Virus record (IMG/VR): IMGVR_UViG_3300030012_001696
Span: 7,601-71,600 of that record
Direction: 5' to 3' (one strand)
Source: a virus
DNA length: 64,000 nucleotides
Part shown: positions 55,095 to 64,000 of the stretch, one piece after another
Layout of the letters: each line of letters begins with the position of its first letter
Position numbering within the stretch: the first letter of the stretch is position 1
The notes under the pieces: generated by a model
Databases searched by the model: none
What the model saw: only the letters and a program-made list of their open reading frames with translations
What the model was told of the DNA's origin: nothing
Position numbers and translations under genes: made by a program

Positions 55095-55859
55095 TTAGTT
55101 TTTAGCTATTCTACCGATTCTTCCAGCATTCATAACTCTATCCCACACTTGGTCTTCTTCAGATTTCTGTGGTTGTTGACCACCTTGAAGAACACCTGCA
55201 GGTTTAGGAATTGATTTAGCTTTTTGTACAGCTTCTAAGTTTTCAGTTTTTTTCTCTACTTTGCCTTCTCCTTCTTTCCACACTTTAATAAGAGTTTCAA
55301 TAGGTAGGTTAGCTTTTGGAGTTGTTGCAAACTGTAAAAACTTTTCTGCATCATCCGCACCTAAGTTGTGCTTACTTACCAATTCTGTTTTTAAATTATT
55401 CATAGCCATCTGATTTTGTAGTTTAGCTAGTTCGTTATCTACTGTTTCATGTACAAGCTTTTTCTCTTGACTTACTCTAAATTTGTAAGATTCTGAGTCA
55501 GGCTTGTAATAGGCGTCCCAAGGGTCAAAATTATCTGGAGTTGTACTCTCAGATTCTGTTGACTCAATAGATTCTCCAGCAAGGCTTTTTTCAATTACAT
55601 TTACTAATTCAGGCTTTTCAGATAACACTTGTCTTAATTGTAGTAAGTCATTGCTGTCTTTCTTTAAGTTTTCGTGTTCTGCTACCTTTTTGTCGTACAT
55701 GGATTGAAACTTTTTAGCTTCTCCTTCCCAATTAACTTCTTCAGATGCTTCCACACCTTCTTCTGTTTGAGGTTCCATTGAAATAGTAGGCTCATTTCCA
55801 ACTCCCTCAACTATTGGGTCTTGCTGTTCAACCTGTTGTTTTTCTTGTTCTGTTGCCAT
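55095..55859 (-). CDS. Putative scaffolding protein
   Basis: Acidic N-terminus and coiled coil; lies between portal and MCP. Confidence 0.7.
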   Translation of the reverse strand: MATEQEKQQVEQQDPIVEGVGNEPTISMEPQTEEGVEASEEVNWEGEAKKFQSMYDKKVAEHENLKKDSNDLLQLRQVLSEKPELVNVIEKSLAGESIESTESESTTPDNFDPWDAYYKPDSESYKFRVSQEKKLVHETVDNELAKLQNQMAMNNLKTELVSKHNLGADDAEKFLQFATTPKANLPIETLIKVWKEGEGKVEKKTENLEAVQKAKSIPKPAGVLQGGQQPQKSEEDQVWDRVMNAGRIGRIAKN

Positions 55860-55909
55860 ATTTTTTTCTCCTTTCGCGATTTAGTCTAAGACTCTGAACC
55901 ACGATTGAT

Positions 55910-57889
55910 TTATTCTTCTTCCTCCAAAGATTGTCCCATTTGGTCTACCATAATGCCTAATTGCATCACCTTTTCTTTTTCTTTAGCTTTCGTAGAGCTT
56001 GTAATTTCACTCAATTGTGATTTAAACTTTTCAACCTCTGTACGTTTTCTAGCAGAAACCTGCTCACGTTCAGATGTTTGTAAATCACCACTTAGCTTTT
56101 TAACTTGATTTTCAAGCGATGTGATATACTGTTGCATTTGAGCCATCTGTCCTTTTCTTTGAAGAACACCTTCTTTGTCAAAGATTTCAGTTTTCTTTAA
56201 AACCTCGACATCATCTACCAGTCCAAGTTTATACGCATCAAGATACATGTTGTATTCAGATACCTTGTTGCTAGGCAAAGTTGAACCTGATATAATGCGA
56301 ATATCATGTTGACCTAGTTGAATATCATTCTCTATAGTTAACAATTCAGTTCGCTTATCATCGTACAATCTCATATTAACTGAAAATTCAGTAATATCGT
56401 TGTTTGGTTGTACAATTCTAAATGTTTTTGCAAATCTATAATGGTCTTTAGCTAGATTATAAACTACCTGACCTACCATTGATAAACTTGCTTCAATATC
56501 TCTTAATTTTGATTTACCTCTAGATTCTCCCATTTCTGACAAAAGCATAGTGCCTCTAACAGATTCTGGTGCATTATCTTTAAAACCTTGTAATAATTCT
56601 GGTATACCAAAATTTAAATCTATGTATTTTTCTACTCTGTCAATTAAATAATAAAACTCGCTCGTTAAAGGAGCAGGTTGTGGGTAATGAGGTTCTCCAA
56701 ACTCTGGATTATATTCAATCACAGCATTCGGGTTAGCCCAATCTTTTTCTAATTGACTTACACTGTCTACACTTCCCTCTGGTATTAAAAGTTTTAAACC
56801 AGCAGCAGATTGAGCGTGTGACAAGGTCAAAGAGAATAACTTGTTTAAAAGTCTCTGAGAGTCCTTAACCTTGTTCACATCTGACTTTGGATAGGGAGTA
56901 TTTGTCCAAATGTTCGTGAATGGAACAATTGGATAGATATCAGTGTTTAATATACGCTCATAAAGTAATGTGTCTCCAATGCTACTGCATTGTGCAATTC
57001 TTGTTTGTTGTATTTCTTCTACTTGTATAGCCCCAGATTCTATAGCTCTTTCTGTTTCTTCTTCTTGTATAACCTGAAGATAAATTTCAGGGTCAACTAT
57101 TTTCTCAGCGCCAGTTAAAGTGTTAAATAATCTATAGTAAGGAACTCTTACTTTATAAAATCTATCAAGTATTTGATACTTTTGATTTACATTATAGTCT
57201 AAATCTTTTGCTTCAGCAGGAGTCAAAACATTGTTACTGTTTTTTAAATTAGATGAAGGATAGTCTTCTCCGTACAAAGAATTTACTCCTACTTCTATAT
57301 CATCAATCATTTCTTCTAACTGAGGATATAAATCTAAAACTTGCTGTTTGGTTAAAAAAGTAGACAATATCATTCCTGACGCATCATTAAAAAATCTATC
57401 TCTAGATGCTGGGTCTACATATACTCTAAAAGGGTCTACGTGTGTATACTTTACCTCACCTCTACCATAATCTGCATCAGGGTCAACATATACATACATA
57501 TATCCCAGTCCAGTAACAGCATAATCGTGTACTACCTGTTTAAAAGTACTATCACCGTTTGAAATATCCCATACATACTCTAATATAGTTCTCCAAACGT
57601 TTGCTAATTTATTGTCAGAATCTTCTCTTGCAATTACAGAAAACCTCGCTGGTCTAGCTGTAAGTAAAGATTTTAATTTATCAACAGCTGCATATACTCT
57701 GTCAATAACAAAATCAGCCTGCCCTACTGCTTGTAAAGCATCTGATTCGTCGTTACTATAATGATTTCCTAAAGTAAAATCTACTGCATTTCTTGCTTCA
57801 GCGTCCCACTGCTCTCTAGCGTCTCTCCAACGCCTAAAGAGTTCTTTAGATATTTGTGGTTTGCTTTTATTATCGTCGTAGTTTGCCAT
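55910..57889 (-). CDS. Portal protein B (P22-like)
   Basis: 659 aa after TerL; G.G..V..D, VDPFRVYVDP, YPIVPF and V...KDSQR..NK. Confidence 0.9.
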   Translation of the reverse strand: MANYDDNKSKPQISKELFRRWRDAREQWDAEARNAVDFTLGNHYSNDESDALQAVGQADFVIDRVYAAVDKLKSLLTARPARFSVIAREDSDNKLANVWRTILEYVWDISNGDSTFKQVVHDYAVTGLGYMYVYVDPDADYGRGEVKYTHVDPFRVYVDPASRDRFFNDASGMILSTFLTKQQVLDLYPQLEEMIDDIEVGVNSLYGEDYPSSNLKNSNNVLTPAEAKDLDYNVNQKYQILDRFYKVRVPYYRLFNTLTGAEKIVDPEIYLQVIQEEETERAIESGAIQVEEIQQTRIAQCSSIGDTLLYERILNTDIYPIVPFTNIWTNTPYPKSDVNKVKDSQRLLNKLFSLTLSHAQSAAGLKLLIPEGSVDSVSQLEKDWANPNAVIEYNPEFGEPHYPQPAPLTSEFYYLIDRVEKYIDLNFGIPELLQGFKDNAPESVRGTMLLSEMGESRGKSKLRDIEASLSMVGQVVYNLAKDHYRFAKTFRIVQPNNDITEFSVNMRLYDDKRTELLTIENDIQLGQHDIRIISGSTLPSNKVSEYNMYLDAYKLGLVDDVEVLKKTEIFDKEGVLQRKGQMAQMQQYITSLENQVKKLSGDLQTSEREQVSARKRTEVEKFKSQLSEITSSTKAKEKEKVMQLGIMVDQMGQSLEEEE

Positions 57890-57953
57890 ATACTCCCAAT
57901 TTGTATTTTACGTCTAAAATAACAACTTTACGACGTTGTTGTCAAGAAAAAAA

Positions 57954-59540
57954 TTATATTTTTTGTCCAGTAATCCAACTTACTGCTCTAGATGTAACGC
58001 TTTTCTCCTTATTTAACATTCTTTCTTCGAATTTATCTCTATCTACAGCGTTACTTTTTGGAGGCTTTGCTGTTGTTACAGCATACCATAAGCCATCAAG
58101 AAGGTCGTCGTTTCTTCCTTTTGGAAACTCATACATTTCATCTACTATTTCTTGATGTTCTTTTTTGATATAAAGCTTTCTACCGTTTACAATAGGACAT
58201 AGTAGTGCTTCTAGTCTGTCTTCTTTTTTGATACCACCAGGCGGTCTAACACCCTGAGACAATCCAGGTGCTAGCTTTCTATCTTTACCTGCTAACTTAT
58301 TAACATGGTCTTTAATCAATCCTTGTGCTCCAACTTTTTCTACATTAACTCTTCTAACTGGGTGATATTTTCTAGCAATGTCTATAATTTGTTTTGGCAT
58401 ATCATATAAAGGAGAATGTTCTCTATAGTAATCAATTAAATATATATTTCTTTCACTATCTATTCCGATAGTTACAATTACTTGATAGTCGCTTTTTGCA
58501 TTTGCTTCATAAGCTAAGTCTACTCCCATATATACATTTACTGGTATAGCAGCCTCATCTATCATCATATAATTAAAACCATTTCTATTTTCCAAGTATC
58601 CTCTATAGTTATGTATTCTATCTATTAAGAACTTAGCATTTTCTACATCTCTTGCTTCATTTAAATATTCTTGTGCAAATTTATGAACAAGACCCATGTC
58701 TGTGAATCTGCTTTTAATATCAAGAAGTTTTTCTTTTGTAAAATAATTTGGCCATAAAGGTATTCCATCTAATATGGCCTTCTTATACATAACAGCCCAG
58801 GCTGATTTTCTATCATCTTTCTGAGCGTCTAACCAGCCGTCGTAAACTCCCTGAAGGAATGAATCGTAATGGACTATTGTACCAATAAGCCATATGGAAC
58901 CTTCGTTTTCTTTGGAGTTTTCTAGAGCGGGTTCTACTGTGGACATTACCCATTCTTTAATTTCCTTTCTTCTATCTGGTGTTTTTGTATTTAACTCTGA
59001 CTCAAAGTCATCAAGTATAATATTAGTATAACGTAATCCCAACTGCGAACGTCCACGCAATCTTTGAGATGTACCTTTTGCAATAATTCTATCTCCTCTA
59101 GCTGTAGTAAATTCTTTTTCTGTCCATTTACTACCTTTTAAGTCACCAAAATAATATTGTAAAGCAGGATTCATATCAATATGGTTTTGTATATATTTAA
59201 TATGGTCAATAGCCTGTGACTGTTCTTCAGATACCCAAGCAATAAATTGTTTTTTCTCTGGAGGTGCAAAATACAACTGATACAACAATGCCGTTTTTGC
59301 AAGAGTTGATTTAGCATGACCTCTAGGCAATATAATGCAGACTCTTTTTTCATCGCCTAGTAACAGGTCACTTAGCTCGTATTGGTATGGAGCAGGGCTA
59401 GATTTCATAAAATCTTCTGGTAAAAACATTTGACCAAAAGTTATTATGTCTTTTCTAGCTAACTCTAATGCTTTTTCTTTCTGATTTAAATCAGGAGGTA
59501 TAATATTAAATTGCTGGGGTTTGTTCGAATTTTTTTTCAT
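57954..59540 (-). CDS. terL: Terminase large subunit B
   Basis: LPRGHAKST, IILDDFE, IGTIVH, GVDLA...SDY and FPKGRNDDLLD. Confidence 0.95.
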   Translation of the reverse strand: MKKNSNKPQQFNIIPPDLNQKEKALELARKDIITFGQMFLPEDFMKSSPAPYQYELSDLLLGDEKRVCIILPRGHAKSTLAKTALLYQLYFAPPEKKQFIAWVSEEQSQAIDHIKYIQNHIDMNPALQYYFGDLKGSKWTEKEFTTARGDRIIAKGTSQRLRGRSQLGLRYTNIILDDFESELNTKTPDRRKEIKEWVMSTVEPALENSKENEGSIWLIGTIVHYDSFLQGVYDGWLDAQKDDRKSAWAVMYKKAILDGIPLWPNYFTKEKLLDIKSRFTDMGLVHKFAQEYLNEARDVENAKFLIDRIHNYRGYLENRNGFNYMMIDEAAIPVNVYMGVDLAYEANAKSDYQVIVTIGIDSERNIYLIDYYREHSPLYDMPKQIIDIARKYHPVRRVNVEKVGAQGLIKDHVNKLAGKDRKLAPGLSQGVRPPGGIKKEDRLEALLCPIVNGRKLYIKKEHQEIVDEMYEFPKGRNDDLLDGLWYAVTTAKPPKSNAVDRDKFEERMLNKEKSVTSRAVSWITGQKI

Positions 59541-59910
59541 ATACCCTATCTAGCATAATTAATGTTTTCATAGAATGCCAATCTCCATCTGGCACTTCTG
59601 TAAAAGTTTTAGACTTTTCCCACAACTTAGGTCCAGCTACATAAATCCAAGCTTTTTCAGTATCTCCGTTATATAGTTCTACATTTACTGTCGTTCTAAT
59701 GTATAAACCGCCATCAACGTTTTCATATTCGTCATACATATTAAGTTCTTCATCAGTTACGTCTATAAGCTCTACAACAGCTCCTTTACCTTTTTCATTC
59801 TTAATAATAGCAGGAAATGATTGTGTTCCAGGGAATACCAAGCTAAAACCTTCTATTTTACCTTTATCTGGATAATCTCTTCTTAATGTTCCATATACAG
59901 CTAATCTCAT
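59506..59910 (-). CDS. Gamma-glutamylcyclotransferase (AIG2-like)
   Basis: AVYGTLR, D.YE....LY.R and AWIY. Confidence 0.85.
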   Translation of the reverse strand: MRLAVYGTLRRDYPDKGKIEGFSLVFPGTQSFPAIIKNEKGKGAVVELIDVTDEELNMYDEYENVDGGLYIRTTVNVELYNGDTEKAWIYVAGPKLWEKSKTFTEVPDGDWHSMKTLIMLDRVYEKKFEQTPAI

Positions 59911-60134
59911 GAATATCCTACCTCTCTTACTATACCTAAGTCTGTTATTTCAAAATCAGTATCATACATAGTCAAACAGTTAATACATTTTAATCTATTT
60001 GTATCTTTTGTTTTGATATCCCAAATATATACTGCAGTTTTTCTTAAATGGTATGAACAGATGTGACAGCGCTTACTTCTCGCGTGTGACTTTAACTTCT
60101 TCCAGTTTTTTGACTTCTTTCCCTTGAATTGCAT
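59907..60134 (-). CDS. Small zinc-finger-like protein
   Basis: CHIC...CINC; coupled to the GGCT gene. Confidence 0.5.
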   Translation of the reverse strand: MQFKGKKSKNWKKLKSHARSKRCHICSYHLRKTAVYIWDIKTKDTNRLKCINCLTMYDTDFEITDLGIVREVGYS

Positions 60135-60828
60135 TTAGTTGCTCCTTCGTAAATCCTTGGAACAATGTTACAGATTCTGTTTGTTTTTCTGTATCCATCA
60201 TACCAGAAAGTTTCATTAATGTTGTTATAGCAGTAAGTTTATCTCTATCAGATGTACCGCCTTTATCTATTATATCACGCATTTCTTCTAATAGATATAA
60301 AGGTGTAATCTCTGCTTCTGCTAAATATTTATCTATTTCTTCTCTAATCAATTTTTTCACCCTATCAGTTTTTAATAATAGTTTTGCTTGTGACTTAGCA
60401 TAATCTTCTTTTTTACTAGGAAAAGCTTTCATATATGCTTCAACCACATCATCTCCTTTTGCTACGTACTTGCTAAACAAAAATTCTTTTTCTGTTGCGT
60501 GTTTACGTTCTTTCTTTCTAACAGAAGGAGATTTACCTTCAGTTGAAAAGGTGTGCATGTTTGTTCTCATTGGGCCATCCATATTAACTTTGTCGGAGCA
60601 TATAAAAGAACCTATGATAGTTCTTATAAACGTGGTTTCTTTTTTAGATTTTTTAAGAATACCTAAATGTAAAACCTGACAAACGTTTCCGTCATCCGTT
60701 AAAACCCAATCACCTGTATTTGAGTGTCTCCAATCAGTGACTAAAGAAACATCACTATGATGTTCTCTAAACTCAGATTCACTCTCGTAAAGGTAATGTG
60801 TCACACCTTTAACAACTCTTTCTAACAT
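60073..60828 (-). CDS. Putative terminase small subunit B
   Basis: Homolog of 5207-5983 (DWR....GDWVL.DDG, RT..G.FI, AYMKAF, LFQGF). Confidence 0.6.
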   Translation of the reverse strand: MLERVVKGVTHYLYESESEFREHHSDVSLVTDWRHSNTGDWVLTDDGNVCQVLHLGILKKSKKETTFIRTIIGSFICSDKVNMDGPMRTNMHTFSTEGKSPSVRKKERKHATEKEFLFSKYVAKGDDVVEAYMKAFPSKKEDYAKSQAKLLLKTDRVKKLIREEIDKYLAEAEITPLYLLEEMRDIIDKGGTSDRDKLTAITTLMKLSGMMDTEKQTESVTLFQGFTKEQLNAIQGKEVKKLEEVKVTREK

Positions 60829-60835
60829 AATTTAA

Positions 60836-61069
60836 CTATTTTTCTTCTTTTTCGTCAACGTCTTTTTCAAGTTCGTTAATTACGAATCTAATATAGTTAT
60901 TAGCAAGAAAACGTAGTTCATTAGCTTGTTGGTCTAATCTCATCAATTGACCAGCAAGTTCATTAGCTCTATTATACTGAGCTTGTGCTTCTTCTGTTAA
61001 ATCAGAATATAAGAACTCTATTTCCTTACCATCATTCATTATAGTTAGCTTTTCTTCTTTTTTAGCCAT
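60836..61069 (-). CDS. Hypothetical coiled-coil protein
   Basis: ORF with RBS. Confidence 0.6.
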   Translation of the reverse strand: MAKKEEKLTIMNDGKEIEFLYSDLTEEAQAQYNRANELAGQLMRLDQQANELRFLANNYIRFVINELEKDVDEKEEK

Positions 61070-61080
61070 GTTCTCTCCTA

Positions 61081-61812
61081 TTACAGTGGTCTCACCATTG
61101 GTGGTGCGTGTTCTTCTAGTTTTCTATGTAATAACTCTAATATCTCTACATCTGCGACATTATGGTCATATACATACTTTAAAGACTTTTTATCGCCCCA
61201 TCTTGCTTTTTGCCAGTATTCTGGTTTGATTCTTGTTTTACCATCAATACCAAAAAACTCTGTTGCAGCTTGCAAAGATGAACGATGTAGCTTTAATTTG
61301 GACCTAACTACATAATATAGGTCTTTATGTGACTTTTGCTTGTACATAGGGAAGTATGTTCCGTGATATAGAGCTCTAGTTCTAATAAACGGAATATCAA
61401 ACCTAGTACCATAATAAGTCATAATAACATCGTATTTGTTCATTTCATCTACTAAAAGCTCAACAATACGTGCATCTGACTTTTCTGACATAAGTTCTTC
61501 TCTTGTAATACAAGCACCAGCAACTTTCTTTACGCCTCTTCCTTTTATACACCAAGAAAGCATAACGTCAATATTAGCGCTAAACCCAGTAGATTCAATA
61601 TCTAGGTACCCAATAGTAATCTCATGCCCAGTTTTGTATCTCTTAGGTTTTCTAAACCCTAATGATTCTATTTTTCTAGTTACTGCTTTATACGTTCTAT
61701 TGTATCCTGCTAGCCTTACTTCTTGGTACAGTTGAAATGCAGACTTGTTTGTCTTTTCATACTGATGTAGTATTACTATTTCTTCATCTGACCATAGTTT
61801 TCTTTTAGCCAT
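61081..61812 (-). CDS. RNase H-fold (DnaQ/PolB-like) 3'-5' exonuclease with N-terminal HTH
   Basis: YLDIES (ExoI), YYGTRFDIPFI (ExoII), HNVADV (ExoIII); WSDEE N-terminus. Confidence 0.85.
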   Translation of the reverse strand: MAKRKLWSDEEIVILHQYEKTNKSAFQLYQEVRLAGYNRTYKAVTRKIESLGFRKPKRYKTGHEITIGYLDIESTGFSANIDVMLSWCIKGRGVKKVAGACITREELMSEKSDARIVELLVDEMNKYDVIMTYYGTRFDIPFIRTRALYHGTYFPMYKQKSHKDLYYVVRSKLKLHRSSLQAATEFFGIDGKTRIKPEYWQKARWGDKKSLKYVYDHNVADVEILELLHRKLEEHAPPMVRPL

Positions 61813-62015
61813 TACTTGCCTCTTTCATTATTAGTATAATTTTTATGCAATTCTAATGCAACAGCAGATAAATAAACACAAAGGTCTAATAACTCCTCAA
61901 TACTCTCTTTCAGATTGTCTCGAGTTCCGTCAATCGGCACCTGTTCGCCGTATTTTTTGGCTCCGATGTCAAGCCTATCTTTAATCATCTCTAGTATTTG
62001 GTCGTTATTAGTCAT
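61812..62015 (-). CDS. Hypothetical protein (R...G.KKYG...EELLD..VY family)
   Basis: Recurrent phage motif. Confidence 0.65.
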   Translation of the reverse strand: MTNNDQILEMIKDRLDIGAKKYGEQVPIDGTRDNLKESIEELLDLCVYLSAVALELHKNYTNNERGK

Positions 62016-62197
62016 TTCTTAGGAAAATCCTCCATATCTGGCCTATCTTCTTGCTCTCTAAGTACTTTTTCGTACCTTTTCCAGTCTAGGTTCTTACTTA
62101 TCTTTTCAAGAGCATCTAGTTCTTGCTGTAATTTCTGTACAATGTCTGTTCTACCTAGACTTTTAAATTTTAAGATTGCTTTTCTGATTTCTTCCAC
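62012..62197 (-). CDS. Hypothetical protein
   Basis: Coupled ORF. Confidence 0.55.
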   Translation of the reverse strand: MEEIRKAILKFKSLGRTDIVQKLQQELDALEKISKNLDWKRYEKVLREQEDRPDMEDFPKK

Positions 62198-62469
62198 AGA
62201 TAATCTCCTATTCCCAGTTGAAATAAACCATTACTTATAGCTTCTATCTGCCTTTCATCGTGTTCTAAGCCAGTATTGTAGAAAATGGCGTGTAAAACCT
62301 CATGAATTAGTGTTTCTTGCATTCTAGATGCTGCTATTTCATCGTTTATGTAAATAATATTCTCTTTTACTTCGTGTCTACCGTATAATTCTTTACGTGG
62401 GTTTTCGTGTTTTAACTCGTCAACCAGTATTTCATACGTATGTCCACCTATATTTAGTTTTCTTATCAT
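62170..62469 (-). CDS. Small HEXXH zinc metallopeptidase-like protein
   Basis: ETLIHEVLHAI. Confidence 0.75.
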   Translation of the reverse strand: MIRKLNIGGHTYEILVDELKHENPRKELYGRHEVKENIIYINDEIAASRMQETLIHEVLHAIFYNTGLEHDERQIEAISNGLFQLGIGDYLWKKSEKQS

Positions 62470-62645
62470 TTTTACCCTCCCAGTCGGTAAATGTGTACAT
62501 AAAATCTAGTACGTTTGTCTTTTGTGTATGCAACTTACATTCATTTTCTTACAGCAGTCAAGTAAATAATACAAATAAATAAAAATAAATCTTTAACAGA
62601 AGGTAAGAAATATCTTGACAACAAAATTTTTTTCTTTGTACCTTC

Positions 62646-62711
62646 TAATACTCGGTGCTCTTATAAAAATATATTTATTAAATCATTTTCTTAAATAATA
62701 CTCGGTGCTCT
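62646..62711. repeat. 16-bp direct repeat TAATACTCGGTGCTCT x2 (50-bp period)
   Basis: Copies at 62646-62661 and 62696-62711. Confidence 0.85.
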
Positions 62712-62959
62712 AGAGACCCTCTTTCAAAAAATAAACCGCCGAAATTTTTCTAAACACAAAAAAAACATAATATTAACAAAAAAACATCAAACCGCCGCAC
62801 TTGGTTGAAAAAATGCCCAAGATTGTGTGTCTTTCTTTTTTCGTCATTAGGGGTCGGGTCTTTTTCTAATTAGAAATTCTATAATTACGTTGAAAATTTG
62901 GATTTCGTTAAATAATCTTTTTTCTTGACTTTTTCAAAAAGTCTTTTTAACGTCTTAAC

Positions 62960-63301
62960 ATGACAACAAAAAATAAAATATGGATTATTAAGAGAGCTAA
63001 CAAGCTACAAAGCTTATATGAAGGCGACGCTTGGTCAGGTCATAGAGGTGCTACTTACCATTGTAGATTCTATATGCATGGCGTAGCACGTGATGAACGT
63101 TGTGAGCAACGTAGCACAAAGCCATGGCCAACACATAAGGACTATTGTCCTAAGTGTCATGAGCGTCAACTTAATGAGATACGTAGATATCCTATCAGAC
63201 GCAACCATGCAACAGGTAAAATGTTGTATGACTATTCTCATGGTAATCTAAGATTTAAACAAGATGAAAGGAAAGACGATGAAAATAAACATGAAAAGTA
63301 A
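62960..63301 (+). CDS. Hypothetical protein (Cys-containing)
   Basis: 113-aa ORF divergent from packaging operon B, followed by a terminator. Confidence 0.5.
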   Translation: MTTKNKIWIIKRANKLQSLYEGDAWSGHRGATYHCRFYMHGVARDERCEQRSTKPWPTHKDYCPKCHERQLNEIRRYPIRRNHATGKMLYDYSHGNLRFKQDERKDDENKHEK

Positions 63302-63424
63302 AAAAGATAGGCAAATCATATGGAATATAATGTATGCGAAGTCTACCTTAAATATCCTGTCAAGCGACCGCTTGGCACCTACTAAGCAATTCATACCATA
63401 CAATCTAAAGAAGTAATCTCACTG

Positions 63425-63452
63425 GCGGGGCCGAAAGGCCCTGCTTTCTTTT
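63425..63452 (+). terminator. Intrinsic terminator
   Basis: GCGGGGCC-GAAA-GGCCCTGC followed by TTTCTTTT. Confidence 0.8.
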
Positions 63453-63700
63453 AAATACCCGCAAAATATTTTTTTTTAGCTAGATTGCACGGGAGATTTT
63501 GAAAAGTGGCAAAATTTAAAAATCATAGACACCTAAGACGAGAAGGGGAGAAGTGGTCAGACGAGCTTCAATTATACATAATATATATTATGCTTAAAAT
63601 TATTTTTCTACGTGAGAAATCACATCAAAACTACACTTCTAAAAAAAACAATAGCTGAATCTCGTTTAATATTCACGTTTGCTAGATATAACGATATAAG

Positions 63701-63733
63701 AAAAACGCCGACCAAAATTAATTGAATCGGCGT
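63701..63733 (-). terminator. Probable intrinsic terminator for a minus-strand gene entering from the window end
   Basis: ACGCCGA...TCGGCGT stem with an adjacent A-run (U-tract on the minus strand). Confidence 0.5.
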
Positions 63734-64000
63734 CTTGTGAGAAGGGATTAACTGATAATAGGGTATGTATTATGATTCAGGGGTAGAAACTTTGTCAGGG
63801 TCTACAATTTCACATACTAGCTTTAATTGTGGCACTCCTTCGGTTTCTATGGTTGAATTTCTTTTCTTACGTGATAGTCTTACACCATCAACAATAAAAA
63901 GCAAATTAACATCTGCAACATCTTCAAGCATATGTTTAATAAGCTTCTTATACTTTTTATCTACGTTGCCTAATCTTACTAAGTGTGAATCTAATTTAGT

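Noticed and set aside
20054-62469. Numerous plus-strand ORFs in the track (for example 44393-45028, 48895-49494, 30764-31156)
   Set aside because: Shadow ORFs antisense to well-supported genes, with S/L/I/F-rich antisense composition.
62646-62711. Mini CRISPR array (16-bp repeat with a 34-bp spacer)
   Set aside because: Only two short repeats, an almost pure A/T spacer and no cas genes.

Overview
AT-rich, tailed-phage (podovirus-type) DNA with no host genes, tRNAs, integrase or CRISPR array. The window holds two divergent sets of packaging genes. Set A is TerS-like 5207-5983, TerL 1901-3472 and a portal at <1-1109. Set B is TerS-like 60073-60828, TerL 57954-59540 and a portal at 55910-57889, followed by scaffold and major capsid genes. 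It also holds two tail-tube/nozzle genes and two copies of a small four-gene cassette. It therefore looks like a fusion of two related phages, either natural or an assembly chimera, probably joined between about 39 and 46 kb. Between the two sets lie a plus-strand early/replication arm (Cas4-like nuclease, Sak, SSB, DUF932, adenine MTase, DnaB, RuvC-like; no DNA polymerase) and a minus-strand virion arm. The virion arm includes a 2901-aa protein with a DFDID motif (crAss/phi14:2-type virion RNA polymerase), a tail fibre with an S74 chaperone and a Hint-domain protein. The most striking unannotated signals are: (i) an ~820-nt ORF-free, tetraloop-rich structured RNA at ~7750-8570 (GOLLD-sized); (ii) several smaller pseudoknot or stem RNAs, some with shared or complementary motifs; (iii) a 9-codon ORF, MNCECGCGC, present twice with only synonymous differences, directly upstream of each tail-tube gene; (iv) tandem DnaA boxes; and (v) apparent GATC avoidance. 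All family calls are from motif recognition by eye, not database searches.
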